Shown: positions 47,522-56,849 of the stretch, piece after piece
Layout: every line of letters starts with the position of its first letter
How positions within the stretch are numbered: the first letter of the stretch is position 1
Source of the DNA: Lachnospiraceae bacterium
Lineage (GTDB): Bacteria; Bacillota; Clostridia; Lachnospirales; Lachnospiraceae
Direction of reading: 5' to 3'
NCBI GenBank assembly: GCA_015057055.1
Contig: SVFE01000001.1
Location: 23,944 to 87,943, forward strand
DNA length: 64,000 nt
Notes under the pieces: model-generated
Databases searched by the model: none
The model's input: the letters and a program-made list of their open reading frames with translations, nothing else
Told to the model about the DNA's origin: nothing
Made by a program: the position numbers and the translations under genes

Positions 47522-48637
47522 ATGCTGTGGATTATTGGTAAATGCAATGCCGCCACTTTGGCTGACGGCGGTGAAGAAGGGGAAAACTATATGGACGAGT
47601 TTCTGGCGGAATATGATTTTTCTGAGGCGCAGGAGCTTATTGATGAAGCACTTCCGGATTTTACGATGTCCGTTGATGAACTTTTGGCAGGAATCATTTC
47701 CGGAGAAAATGTGCTGTCTTTTTCGGAATGTTGTAATCAAATTTTAGCGGCAATGCAGGCGGAATGGTGGGAGAGGAAGGAATTGTTTGCCGTGCTTTTG
47801 CTTTGCGGTATATTGGCTTCTTTTTGTAAAAATATCGCGGGTCTTTGTGAAAACAAACAAATTATAGATTTGGGATACTACTTTATCTATCTGCTGCTAG
47901 CCGTTTTTTTGTTTGAGGCATTTACTGATGCAGCGGACATTGTCCGGGAGTGTCTTGAAAACATAACCGCTTTTTTATCGGCATTATTGCCGAGTTATTT
48001 TCTGGCGGTAGGAATGGCAGTAGGGACTACGACGGCGGCCGGCTTTTATCAGATTGCCCTTGTGGTTATCTGCGGCGTGCAATATGTTTTTTTACTGCTT
48101 CTTTTGCCGGCCTGCCTTCTTTACATGTTTTTGTCGGTCATCAGCGGTTTGTCCGGAGAAGACCGGATGGCCGGAATATTGGGCCTTCTTTTTAAACTAA
48201 TCGGATATGTACAAAAAACTTCCCTTGCCATCGTAGGGGGCTTGAGTGCAGTGCAAATGTGTATTTCGCCTATGGTGGACGGGGTTAGTTACGGTGCGGC
48301 AAAAAAGGTTCTGGGGGCGTTGCCCGGGGTGGGGAATATTACGGATTCTTCACTGCAACTGATTTCCGGGGCCCTTCTTTTGATTAAGAACGGAATCGGT
48401 GTTACGATTTTGGTTTTTTTGCTTTTTTTATGCCTGGTGCCTGCGGTACGGGTATTTACCATTGTACTGATTTTAAAGGTCGGGAGTGCGTTGATGGCAC
48501 TGGTTACGGATTTTAGAATTGTAAAATGTACGGACCGGGTTGGTACCGGAAGTATGCAATTGCTGAAACTTTTAGTGACTGCATTTACGCTTAATTTTGT
48601 GTGTATCGCAATTGCTGCAGCCAGTAGGGGGATATAG
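47522..48637 (+). CDS. spoIIIAE: Stage III sporulation protein AE (start uncertain: 47498, 47522 or 47591)
   Basis: Polytopic membrane protein with LPGVGN, LIKNGIG, LCLVP; operon order. Confidence 0.88.
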   Translation: MLWIIGKCNAATLADGGEEGENYMDEFLAEYDFSEAQELIDEALPDFTMSVDELLAGIISGENVLSFSECCNQILAAMQAEWWERKELFAVLLLCGILASFCKNIAGLCENKQIIDLGYYFIYLLLAVFLFEAFTDAADIVRECLENITAFLSALLPSYFLAVGMAVGTTTAAGFYQIALVVICGVQYVFLLLLLPACLLYMFLSVISGLSGEDRMAGILGLLFKLIGYVQKTSLAIVGGLSAVQMCISPMVDGVSYGAAKKVLGALPGVGNITDSSLQLISGALLLIKNGIGVTILVFLLFLCLVPAVRVFTIVLILKVGSALMALVTDFRIVKCTDRVGTGSMQLLKLLVTAFTLNFVCIAIAAASRGI

Positions 48638-48640
48638 AAC

Positions 48641-48958
48641 TTGGATGAATGGATAGAACAAATAAAATGTGTGGGCGTATATATAATTTTGGGTGAAATG
48701 CTGCTGCATCTTGTACCGGGAAAAGAATATGAGAAGTACTTCCGCTTCATTCTGGATTTGTCCGCGGTAGCGATCATTTTTGTCCCGCTACTGGCAGGAG
48801 GATTACCGGGGACCGGTAATGCAAGAGACGCTTCCTTGCAGGTAGAATCGGTGCTGGCGGAAGAGGTCAATGATTTTGAGGAAAATTACAATGTGCATTT
48901 GCAGAATATTCAGGAAAATATTGCGAAAAAAATGAATGGGGAAGGAACGGCGGAATGA
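48641..48958 (+). CDS. spoIIIAF: Stage III sporulation protein AF
   Basis: W...LVPGKEYEKYFRF; operon order. Confidence 0.85.
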   Translation: MDEWIEQIKCVGVYIILGEMLLHLVPGKEYEKYFRFILDLSAVAIIFVPLLAGGLPGTGNARDASLQVESVLAEEVNDFEENYNVHLQNIQENIAKKMNGEGTAE

Positions 48959-49551
48959 ATTTAGATTTTCTGGAAAAGAAAAAAGTTTTTTTGGAAAAAG
49001 TACTGAAAAAAGAGAACCTGTTTCTTCTGATGTTGGCAGGTATATTGATTTTGGTCGTTGCCTGGCCGTTGCCGGATGCGGAGGCGGAAAATGTCATGGC
49101 AGAAGCAGACGTTGTAGGCAGAGAAAATGTTATGTCTGCTGCAACGGAGCTTGAAAACTACCAAAGGGAAACGGAAGAACGGCTTGAAGAAATATTATCT
49201 TCTATGGAAGGTGTCGGAGAATGCAGGGTCATGATTACCCTGGCAACATCCTATGAGAGCATTGTGCTTCGGGATACGGATTCTTCTTCCCGGGAAAGTG
49301 AAGATTCCGGCGGAGAAGAGACGCATCATGAATCGGAAGAGGCGGATTTGACAACCACTGTTTTTTATACCGATGCGGAGGGAAATGAGGTGCCGTATTG
49401 TGTTCAAACCATATATCCCGAGGTGGAAGGCGTGGTGGTAGTAGCGCAGGGCGCAGGTGATGCGGAAACCGTGATTAATATTACGGATGCAATTCAGGCA
49501 TTATTTGGAATTGAGGCACATAAGATTAGAGTAGTAAAAATGAAAATTTAA
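48955..49551 (+). CDS. spoIIIAG: Stage III sporulation protein AG
   Basis: LEEILSSMEGVGECRVMITL, PEVEGVVVVAQGA, IEAHKIRV. Confidence 0.93.
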   Translation: MNLDFLEKKKVFLEKVLKKENLFLLMLAGILILVVAWPLPDAEAENVMAEADVVGRENVMSAATELENYQRETEERLEEILSSMEGVGECRVMITLATSYESIVLRDTDSSSRESEDSGGEETHHESEEADLTTTVFYTDAEGNEVPYCVQTIYPEVEGVVVVAQGAGDAETVINITDAIQALFGIEAHKIRVVKMKI

Positions 49552-49568
49552 TTATATAGGAGGACAAC

Positions 49569-50243
49569 GTGAAGAAAATATTTAAGAAAAACCAGATTGT
49601 TATCGGAACGCTTGCAGTTATGATTGCAGTTGCGGGGTACTTGCATTTTACCGGGGAACAGGTGACGGAGGAAGAAGTAATTGCGCAGATTCCGGAAGAT
49701 GTCATTACGGAAACCGGAGAAGATGTGACGGCTCTTTTGGACATTTCAGAGGAAGATTTGGAAAATGGTGAACTGGTAACGATTGAAAGCATGGATGATG
49801 ACGGCATGCAGCTTACGGAAAACTACATAGAAGAAGACCTGACCATTGAAGAAATTCCCGGAGAAGCCGTATTTACTTCCGGGGTCAGCGTGACCAGCCT
49901 TTCGTCCGCCAGATTGGCAAAGGAGCAGACCAGAGCACAGAACCGGGAAAGCCTGATGGAAATCATTAACAGCGAAACCGCGGATGAGGCATCCATTCAG
50001 GAAGCAACTGCAAGTATGATTGCACTTACGGATGTGGCTGAGCGGGAAACGGCAGCGGAAATATTATTGGAAGCCAGAGGGTATACGGAGACGGTGGTGA
50101 GTATTACCGGTGACAGCGCGGATGTTGTGGTAGGCTTATCGGAATTGACGGACAGTCAGTGTGCACAGATTATCGATATCGTATCAAGAAAGGCTGAAAT
50201 TGATGCGGCAAATGTCATTATTACCCCCGTAACCGCTGATTGA
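49569..50243 (+). CDS. spoIIIAH: Stage III sporulation protein AH
   Basis: KKNQIVIGTLAVMIAVAGYL, ARLAKEQTR, EILLEARGY. Confidence 0.92.
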   Translation: MKKIFKKNQIVIGTLAVMIAVAGYLHFTGEQVTEEEVIAQIPEDVITETGEDVTALLDISEEDLENGELVTIESMDDDGMQLTENYIEEDLTIEEIPGEAVFTSGVSVTSLSSARLAKEQTRAQNRESLMEIINSETADEASIQEATASMIALTDVAERETAAEILLEARGYTETVVSITGDSADVVVGLSELTDSQCAQIIDIVSRKAEIDAANVIITPVTAD

Positions 50244-50268
50244 ATAATTGAATAAGAAGTGATATAAT
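50240..50268 (+). promoter_or_regulatory. sigmaA promoter for deoB overlapping the spoIIIAH stop
   Basis: TTGAAT, N17, TATAAT with extended TG. Confidence 0.7.
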
Positions 50269-50289
50269 TGTCAGGAATAAAAGGGAAAG

Positions 50290-50323
50290 CAGGGCTTCTT
50301 CAAATGGATTTGGAGAAGTCCTG
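50290..50323 (+). other. Strong hairpin in the deoB leader without a U tract
   Basis: CAGGGCTTCTTCAAA-TGGA-TTTGGAGAAGTCCTG, 15 bp with G-U pairs. Confidence 0.6.
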
Positions 50324-50365
50324 ATAACAGTAAAAGCTTAAAGAAAGCGGCGGAAAAGAGGACAG

Positions 50366-51517
50366 ATGAAGAGAGTATTTTTGATTGTTTTGGACAGTGT
50401 CGGAATCGGTGCATTGCCGGATGCCAAGGAGTATGGTGATGAAGGTACCAATACCCTGAAGTCGGCTGCAACCAGCCCTTATTTTCATATGCCGAATATG
50501 AAAAAACTGGGATTGTTTAATATTGAAGGCGTTGACTGGGCGGAAGGAACAGATGCTCCGGAGGCTTTTTTTGCGCGTATGAAAGAGGCGTCCAAAGGAA
50601 AAGATACAACCATAGGACATTGGGAAATTGCGGGACATATTTCAAAAGCCCCTTTGCCTGTTTATCCGGAAGGTTTTCCGAAGGAGGTTCTGGATGCATT
50701 TTCCAAAGCCACCGGTAGGGGCGTGCTTTGCAACAAACCCTATTCCGGTACAGAGGTAATCAAGGATTACGGGGATGAACATGTTAAGACCGGAGATTTG
50801 ATTGTATATACCTCTGCAGACAGCGTATTTCAAATTGCAGCCCATGAAGAAGTGGTGCCGGTAGAAACCTTGTATGAATACTGCCGAGCTGCCCGGATAA
50901 TTTTGACCGGGGAACACGGTGTGGGAAGAGTAATTGCCAGACCCTTCGTAGGTGCAGACGGCAATTATACAAGGACAACCAACCGCCACGATTTCTCTCT
51001 GGAACCGCCCGGAGTAACCATGCTGGATCAGCTTACCGAAGCAGGACTTACGGTTATCGGTGTAGGTAAGATTAAGGATATTTTTGCAGGCAAGGGAATC
51101 GGAGAATATACTTATACCACGGGAAATCAGGACGGCATTGAAAAAACATTGGAATATATGAAAAAAGATTTTGAAGGTCTTTGCTTTGTGAATCTTGTGG
51201 ACTACGATATGCTTTACGGACACCGGAACGATATTGACGGATACGCTAAAGCTCTGACGTATTTTGATGAACGGTTGCCGGAAATTCTTGCCCTTCTTGG
51301 CGATGAAGATTTGCTAATGATTACGGCGGACCATGGATGTGACCCGGGCTATACGGAATCGACGGATCATTCCAGAGAGCATACACCGTTTTTGATTTAC
51401 GGAAAAAATGTTGCCCCGGGGAATGGCGGTACCAGGGAAACCTTTGCCGATATCGGTGCGACGATATTAAAATACTTTGGTATTTCGCAAAAAATCAGCG
51501 GAACGCCGGTAATTTAA
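50366..51517 (+). CDS. deoB: Phosphopentomutase
   Basis: FLIVLDSVGIG, GKDTTIGHWE, YTSADSVFQIAAHE, YGHRND, TADHGCDP. Confidence 0.97.
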   Translation: MKRVFLIVLDSVGIGALPDAKEYGDEGTNTLKSAATSPYFHMPNMKKLGLFNIEGVDWAEGTDAPEAFFARMKEASKGKDTTIGHWEIAGHISKAPLPVYPEGFPKEVLDAFSKATGRGVLCNKPYSGTEVIKDYGDEHVKTGDLIVYTSADSVFQIAAHEEVVPVETLYEYCRAARIILTGEHGVGRVIARPFVGADGNYTRTTNRHDFSLEPPGVTMLDQLTEAGLTVIGVGKIKDIFAGKGIGEYTYTTGNQDGIEKTLEYMKKDFEGLCFVNLVDYDMLYGHRNDIDGYAKALTYFDERLPEILALLGDEDLLMITADHGCDPGYTESTDHSREHTPFLIYGKNVAPGNGGTRETFADIGATILKYFGISQKISGTPVI

Positions 51518-51557
51518 CAAGGATACGTTACATTTGTATCTTGGAATGGAGGAAAAA

Positions 51558-53153
51558 GTGAAAGAATATGCAAATGAAATAAACCGGCGACGTACGTTTG
51601 CCATTATTTCCCACCCGGATGCGGGAAAAACCACATTGACCGAAAAACTTCTGTTGTACGGAGGTGCCATTAATCTGGCAGGTAGTGTAAAGGGAAAGGC
51701 AACGGCAAGACACGCCGTATCCGACTGGATGGAGATTGAAAAGGAAAGAGGTATTTCCGTAACTTCATCGGTACTGCAGTTTGAATACGACGGCTTCTGC
51801 ATCAATATTTTGGATACGCCGGGACATCAGGACTTCTCGGAGGATACGTATCGTACCCTGATGGCTGCAGACTCTGCCGTGATGGTAATTGACGCATCGA
51901 AGGGCGTGGAAGCCCAGACCAGAAAATTGTTCAAGGTATGCGGTATGCGGGGAATTCCGATTTTTACGTTTATCAACAAGTTGGACAGGGATGCCAATGA
52001 AACCTTGGACCTTTTGGATGAAATTGAAAAAGAATTGGGGATTGAAACCTGCCCCATGAACTGGCCCATTGGTTCCGGTAAAAATTTTAAGGGTGTTTAT
52101 GACCGGGAAGAGAAGTGTGTAGTAACCTTTTCCGATACCCAGAAGGGTACGAAAGAAGGCGAGACCAAACGTATCCCTGTGGAGGATAAAGAAACGGTTT
52201 TATCGCTTATCGGAGAAGCCGCAATGGATAAACTGAATGATGATATTGAACTTTTGGATATAGCCAGTGCGGAGTTTGATTTGGAGCAGGTACGGTGCGG
52301 AAAATTAACACCGGTATTTTTTGGTTCTGCATTGACTAATTTCGGTGTTGAAATTTTCCTGCAGAACTTCTTGAAAATGACTACCACACCGCTTCCCAGA
52401 AAGTCGGAGGGCGGAATGATTGACCCGGTGGAAAATGATTTTTCGGCTTTTGTCTTTAAAATTCAGGCCAATATGAATAAAGCGCACCGTGACAGAATTG
52501 CTTTTATGCGAATCTGCTCCGGACATTTTGATGCTTCCATGGAAGTAAAGCATGTGCAGGGCGGAAGAAATCTCCGCTTGCAGCAACCGCAGCAATTAAT
52601 GGCCAGCGAGCGTAAGATTTTGGAGGAAGCCTATGCCGGAGATATTATCGGGGTATTTGATCCGGGTATTTTTTCCATTGGTGATACCATCTGCAGCCCG
52701 AAGGATACGGTGGTATATGAAGGTATTCCGACCTTTGCGCCGGAGCATTTTGCAAGAGTGCGTCAGGTGGATACCATGAAGAGAAAGCAGTTTGTAAAGG
52801 GTATTACCCAGATTGCCCAGGAGGGTGCGATTCAGATTTTCCAGGAAATTGCTTCCGGTATGGAAGAAATTATCGTGGGCGTGGTTGGTGTACTTCAGTT
52901 TGAAGTGTTGAAGTATCGTCTGGAAAATGAATACAATGTAGAAATCCGTATGGACCCGCTCCCCTATGAGCATATCCGTTGGATTGAAAACAAAGAAGAG
53001 GTGGATGTTAAGAAATTAAGCGGTACCTCCGATATGAAAAAAATTCAGGATTTGAAAGGTAATCCGCTTCTTTTGTTTATCAATGCCTGGAGCGTAGGTA
53101 TGACGCTGGAACGTAATCCGGGGCTGAAGCTCAGCGAATTTGGAAGGGAATAA
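51558..53153 (+). CDS. prfC: Peptide chain release factor 3
   Basis: RRTFAIISHPDAGKTTLTEK, DTPGHQDFSEDTYR, GVVGVLQFEV; GGAGG SD before GTG 51558. Confidence 0.97.
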   Translation: MKEYANEINRRRTFAIISHPDAGKTTLTEKLLLYGGAINLAGSVKGKATARHAVSDWMEIEKERGISVTSSVLQFEYDGFCINILDTPGHQDFSEDTYRTLMAADSAVMVIDASKGVEAQTRKLFKVCGMRGIPIFTFINKLDRDANETLDLLDEIEKELGIETCPMNWPIGSGKNFKGVYDREEKCVVTFSDTQKGTKEGETKRIPVEDKETVLSLIGEAAMDKLNDDIELLDIASAEFDLEQVRCGKLTPVFFGSALTNFGVEIFLQNFLKMTTTPLPRKSEGGMIDPVENDFSAFVFKIQANMNKAHRDRIAFMRICSGHFDASMEVKHVQGGRNLRLQQPQQLMASERKILEEAYAGDIIGVFDPGIFSIGDTICSPKDTVVYEGIPTFAPEHFARVRQVDTMKRKQFVKGITQIAQEGAIQIFQEIASGMEEIIVGVVGVLQFEVLKYRLENEYNVEIRMDPLPYEHIRWIENKEEVDVKKLSGTSDMKKIQDLKGNPLLLFINAWSVGMTLERNPGLKLSEFGRE

Positions 53154-53157
53154 GAAC

Positions 53158-54426
53158 GTGACAGATAGAAAACAAAGATTTGTAATTGGACTCTTTAGCA
53201 TGCTGGTAGCCGGCATTTTAGCAGGTTGCAGTGCCGGGCAGGATGATTTGCCGGCCGCCCCGATTCAGCCGTCGGTTACTTCTTCCGAGGTTACGGGATA
53301 CCGTGCACCGGAGGTAAACAGTGCGGATGCGGTGGCAACGGCCGATGATGAAGAAACGCAGCTGGAAGCCGCCCGGGAGGCAATCGGCATCACGCAGGAA
53401 CAATTGGAACAAACCATGGCGGAGCAGGCAGGGAAATACGCCTATGAAACCATGGATGAATCCTATCGTTTGTTGTATGCGGAACTGCTTTTGATTATGC
53501 AAAAGCAGGGGGAAAACATTAAAGTATCCACCAACGATTCGGATATTTTGCAGTATGTTTTTCAATGTGTGTATAATGATCATCCGGAAATCTACTGGGT
53601 AGACGGCTATTCGTATGTAAGGCATACCCGGGGGGACGAAATCCTGTATTTGACGTTCACCGGAAAATACACCTACTCTTTGGAAGAAATCCGGGTGAAT
53701 CAGATTTATATTGACCAATACAAAGCAACCTGTTTTGCTTATATTCCGAATAATGCAAGTGAATACGAAAAAGTAAAACACGTATACGAGTACATTATTG
53801 AAAATACGGATTACGTTATTTCCGCACGTGACAATCAAAATATTTTATCTGTGTTTTTGTATGGGGAATCCGTATGTCAGGGATATGCCAAAGCAACCCA
53901 GTATCTTTTGAATGAACTGGGAGTCGCCTGTACCATGGTGGTGGGCCGCGTCCACAGTGGTGAAGGACATGCCTGGAATTTGGTTCAGATTGACGGGGCA
54001 TACTATTATGTGGATACTACCTGGGGTGATGCCAGTTATATCATCGAAGGGGAAGCCGCGTCTGAAGCTGCGATGCCGGTAAGTTATGAATATCTGAATA
54101 TTACGACAGAGCAACTGCAACTTACCCATGTGATTGAAAACGTGGTGCCCATGCCCCATTGTATGGAGACGGCCAACAACTATTATGTAAGAGAAAATTT
54201 GTATTTGACGGCATACGACACGGCGGTGCTGGGAAATATGTTTGATACTGCCTACGCAGAGGGGGCGGACAGCGTGACGTTTAAATGCGCGGATAGCAAT
54301 GTATTTTCCTTTGTGTGTGATGAGTTAATCGGAAATCAGCAGATTTTCAACTTCCTTCACAGCGAAACGACATCGGTTGTTTACTCTGTTTCAGAAGAAC
54401 AATTAACCCTCAGTTTTTGGCTGTAA
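53158..54426 (+). CDS. Transglutaminase-like domain lipoprotein
   Basis: Lipobox ILAGC; triad motifs VCQGYA, HAWN, VDTTW. Confidence 0.85.
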   Translation: MTDRKQRFVIGLFSMLVAGILAGCSAGQDDLPAAPIQPSVTSSEVTGYRAPEVNSADAVATADDEETQLEAAREAIGITQEQLEQTMAEQAGKYAYETMDESYRLLYAELLLIMQKQGENIKVSTNDSDILQYVFQCVYNDHPEIYWVDGYSYVRHTRGDEILYLTFTGKYTYSLEEIRVNQIYIDQYKATCFAYIPNNASEYEKVKHVYEYIIENTDYVISARDNQNILSVFLYGESVCQGYAKATQYLLNELGVACTMVVGRVHSGEGHAWNLVQIDGAYYYVDTTWGDASYIIEGEAASEAAMPVSYEYLNITTEQLQLTHVIENVVPMPHCMETANNYYVRENLYLTAYDTAVLGNMFDTAYAEGADSVTFKCADSNVFSFVCDELIGNQQIFNFLHSETTSVVYSVSEEQLTLSFWL

Positions 54427-54450
54427 ATGCGATTTTTTCGCTTCGCGGAC

Positions 54451-54479
54451 TAGTCAAAACACAAAGGCTTTGGTATAAT
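54451..54479 (+). promoter_or_regulatory. sigmaA-like promoter for asp23-nusB
   Basis: TAGTCA, N17, TATAAT with extended TG. Confidence 0.6.
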
Positions 54480-54548
54480 CATTGTGATAGAAAGAGTGTT
54501 ACTGTCAGGTGCATTGACTCCTGTCAGGTATCGGATCGGAGGTTCATT

Positions 54549-54920
54549 ATGGATTCAGACAATATTATCATTTCAAAGGAAGAGCGTGGAATTGGAACCG
54601 TGCAGATTGCGGATGATGTGGTGGCAATGATTGCGTCCCTGGCAGCAACGGAAATTGAAGGCGTTTCTTCTATGGTAGGAAATATTACAAACGAGCTTAT
54701 GAGCAAGGTTGGCATGAAGAAACTGACCAAAGGTGTCAAAGTAGATATTTTGGAAAACGTAGTAACGGTTGACTTGGCAGTTGTTTTAGAGTACGGATTC
54801 AATATTCCGAAAACCTGTCAGAAGGTACAGGAAAAGGTGAAAACAGCGATTGAAACCATGACCGGTCTTACGGTATCGGATGTTAATATCCGTATTGCAG
54901 GTGTCAGCACCGCAAAATAA
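54549..54920 (+). CDS. Asp23/Gls24 (YqhY-like) protein
   Basis: VQIADDVVAMIASLAATEIEGV, KGVKVD, IETMTGLTVSDVNIRI; directly before nusB. Confidence 0.9.
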   Translation: MDSDNIIISKEERGIGTVQIADDVVAMIASLAATEIEGVSSMVGNITNELMSKVGMKKLTKGVKVDILENVVTVDLAVVLEYGFNIPKTCQKVQEKVKTAIETMTGLTVSDVNIRIAGVSTAK

Positions 54921-54943
54921 TTATATCGGATTTGTGAGAAATC

Positions 54944-54971
54944 AGGTCTCCTCTGCGGGGGAGACTTTTTT
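54944..54971 (+). terminator. Intrinsic terminator-like hairpin between asp23 and nusB
   Basis: AGGTCTCCTC-TGCG-GGGGAGACTT then TTTT. Confidence 0.7.
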
Positions 54972-54990
54972 CCACTTATGAGGAGAGACT

Positions 54991-55395
54991 ATGAGCAGAC
55001 GAGATATCCGGGAACAGGTTTTCAAATTGCTGTTTCGCGTGGAGTTTAATGAAATTGAAGAAATGGAAAGTCAGACGGACTTTTTCTATGGCGAAGAAGA
55101 AAATGCTACCGGCGATGAGCAACGGGAAGAAGTTACCGCCAAACTGAATAAAATTTTGGACTGTTTGGAGGAATTGGATTCCTGTATTACAGAGAATATT
55201 ACCGGTTGGACCATCGAAAGAATCGGCAAGGTGGAGTTGACGATTCTGCGTTTGGCAGTGTTTGAAATAAAATACGATGATGAGGTTCCTGTTTCCGTTG
55301 CAATCAATGAAGCGGTTGAATTGGCAAAAAAATACGGACAGAATGATTCGTCATCCTTTGTAAACGGTGTGTTGGCAAAATTAGCCAAGGCATAG
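54991..55395 (+). CDS. nusB: Transcription antitermination factor
   Basis: MSRRDIREQVFKLLF, VAINEAVELAKKYG, FVNGVL. Confidence 0.96.
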   Translation: MSRRDIREQVFKLLFRVEFNEIEEMESQTDFFYGEEENATGDEQREEVTAKLNKILDCLEELDSCITENITGWTIERIGKVELTILRLAVFEIKYDDEVPVSVAINEAVELAKKYGQNDSSSFVNGVLAKLAKA

Positions 55396-55417
55396 GACAA
55401 ATAAAGGAATTGCAGTT

Positions 55418-56647
55418 ATGCAGAGAAATATCTATTCCGTATGTCAGGTAAATTCCTATATAAAGAACATGTTTGCCCAGGATTATATGCTTGGGCTTGT
55501 TTATGTTAGAGGAGAAACCAGCAATGTAAAGTATCATTCCTCGGGGCATATTTATTTTACCCTCAAGGATGAAAAATCCTCCATTGCCTGCGTGTGCTTC
55601 AGCGGGTACCGGAAAGGGTTGGATTTTCGACTGGAGGAAGGGATGCAGGTTGTAGCCGGCGGAAGCATCGAAGTGTATGAACGGGATGGTAAGTATCAGT
55701 TATATGTAAAAGAAATTCGCCGGGAAGGCAAGGGTGACCTGGCAGAACGTTTTGAGGCTTTGAAATTAAAACTGGAAGAGATGGGAATGTTTGATGCGCA
55801 GTACAAGCAGCCCATCCCTAAATACGTAAGGACTCTGGGGGTTGTTACGGCTTCTACGGGAGCGGCCATCCGGGATATCATCAATGTAGCGACCAGGCGG
55901 AATCCCTATATTCAAATCATCCTTTATCCGGCCATTGTGCAGGGCGATGCGGCGGCAGACAGCATCGTAAGAGGCATTCAAAGTCTGGAAGCCTATGGTG
56001 TGGATGTGATGATTGTGGGACGCGGCGGTGGTTCCATGGAGGATTTATTTTGCTTTAACGATGAAAAAGTTGCCCAGGCAATCTTTGACTGTATGGTACC
56101 GGTAATTTCCGCGGTAGGTCATGAGACGGATTTTACCATTGCGGATTTTGTGGCGGATTTACGTGCTCCGACGCCTTCGGCAGCCGCGGAATTGGCAGTG
56201 TTTGATTATCGGGATTTTGAGGAAAGTCTGGAATTAAAAAGGCAAAGAATGCAAAAACTTCTTCGGGAGCAGATGCGGCGGCGGCAGATGCGTCTGGAAC
56301 ACTTGGAGAGGCGGCTGAAATTGCAGTCTCCGGAAAAGAAAATCAATGAAAAAAGAATGCAGGCAGATGCCATAGAAGAGCGTCTAAACGCATTAGTAAA
56401 AGAGAAGATAATGAAAACGCGGCACCGGATGCAACTGCTGGGGGTGCGGTTGGAAGGGAATTCGCCCCTGGCAAAATTAAACCGTGGCTATGCCCATATC
56501 GCGGACAAAAGCGGAAAAACAATTAAGTCGGCGACGGATATAAAGACAGGCGATTATGTGGAAATAACGTTAAAGGACGGCGTGGCCGAAGCAGTGGTGG
56601 CGTCAATTCAGAGAGGAGATATCTATGGCGAAAAAGCAGGAAGTTAA
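55418..56647 (+). CDS. xseA: Exonuclease VII large subunit
   Basis: SGHIYFTLKDE, GRGGGSMEDL, SAVGHETDFTIAD, RAPTPSAAAE. Confidence 0.97.
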   Translation: MQRNIYSVCQVNSYIKNMFAQDYMLGLVYVRGETSNVKYHSSGHIYFTLKDEKSSIACVCFSGYRKGLDFRLEEGMQVVAGGSIEVYERDGKYQLYVKEIRREGKGDLAERFEALKLKLEEMGMFDAQYKQPIPKYVRTLGVVTASTGAAIRDIINVATRRNPYIQIILYPAIVQGDAAADSIVRGIQSLEAYGVDVMIVGRGGGSMEDLFCFNDEKVAQAIFDCMVPVISAVGHETDFTIADFVADLRAPTPSAAAELAVFDYRDFEESLELKRQRMQKLLREQMRRRQMRLEHLERRLKLQSPEKKINEKRMQADAIEERLNALVKEKIMKTRHRMQLLGVRLEGNSPLAKLNRGYAHIADKSGKTIKSATDIKTGDYVEITLKDGVAEAVVASIQRGDIYGEKAGS

Positions 56648-56849
56648 AAATGATTTATCGCTGGAAAATAAGTTGGATATTTTGGAAGAAACCATTTCTA
56701 AAATGGAAGCGGAAGAGATTTCCATGGAGGAATCGTTTGCATTGTACAAGCAGGGTGTAGTGATGTTAAAAGAGTGCAATGAAGAAATTGACCGGATAGA
56801 GAAAAAAGTTTTGTTATTAAACGAGAGTGGGGAGACAAATGAATTTTAA
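56625..56849 (+). CDS. xseB: Exonuclease VII small subunit
   Basis: LEETISKME...MEESFALYKQG; follows xseA. Confidence 0.93.
   Translation: MAKKQEVKNDLSLENKLDILEETISKMEAEEISMEESFALYKQGVVMLKECNEEIDRIEKKVLLLNESGETNEF

Noticed and set aside
50263-50327. Purine riboswitch or switching attenuator before deoB
   Set aside because: Core purine-riboswitch loop sequences are missing, and the alternative pairing partner (TTGTCAGGA) lies mostly upstream of the predicted start site.
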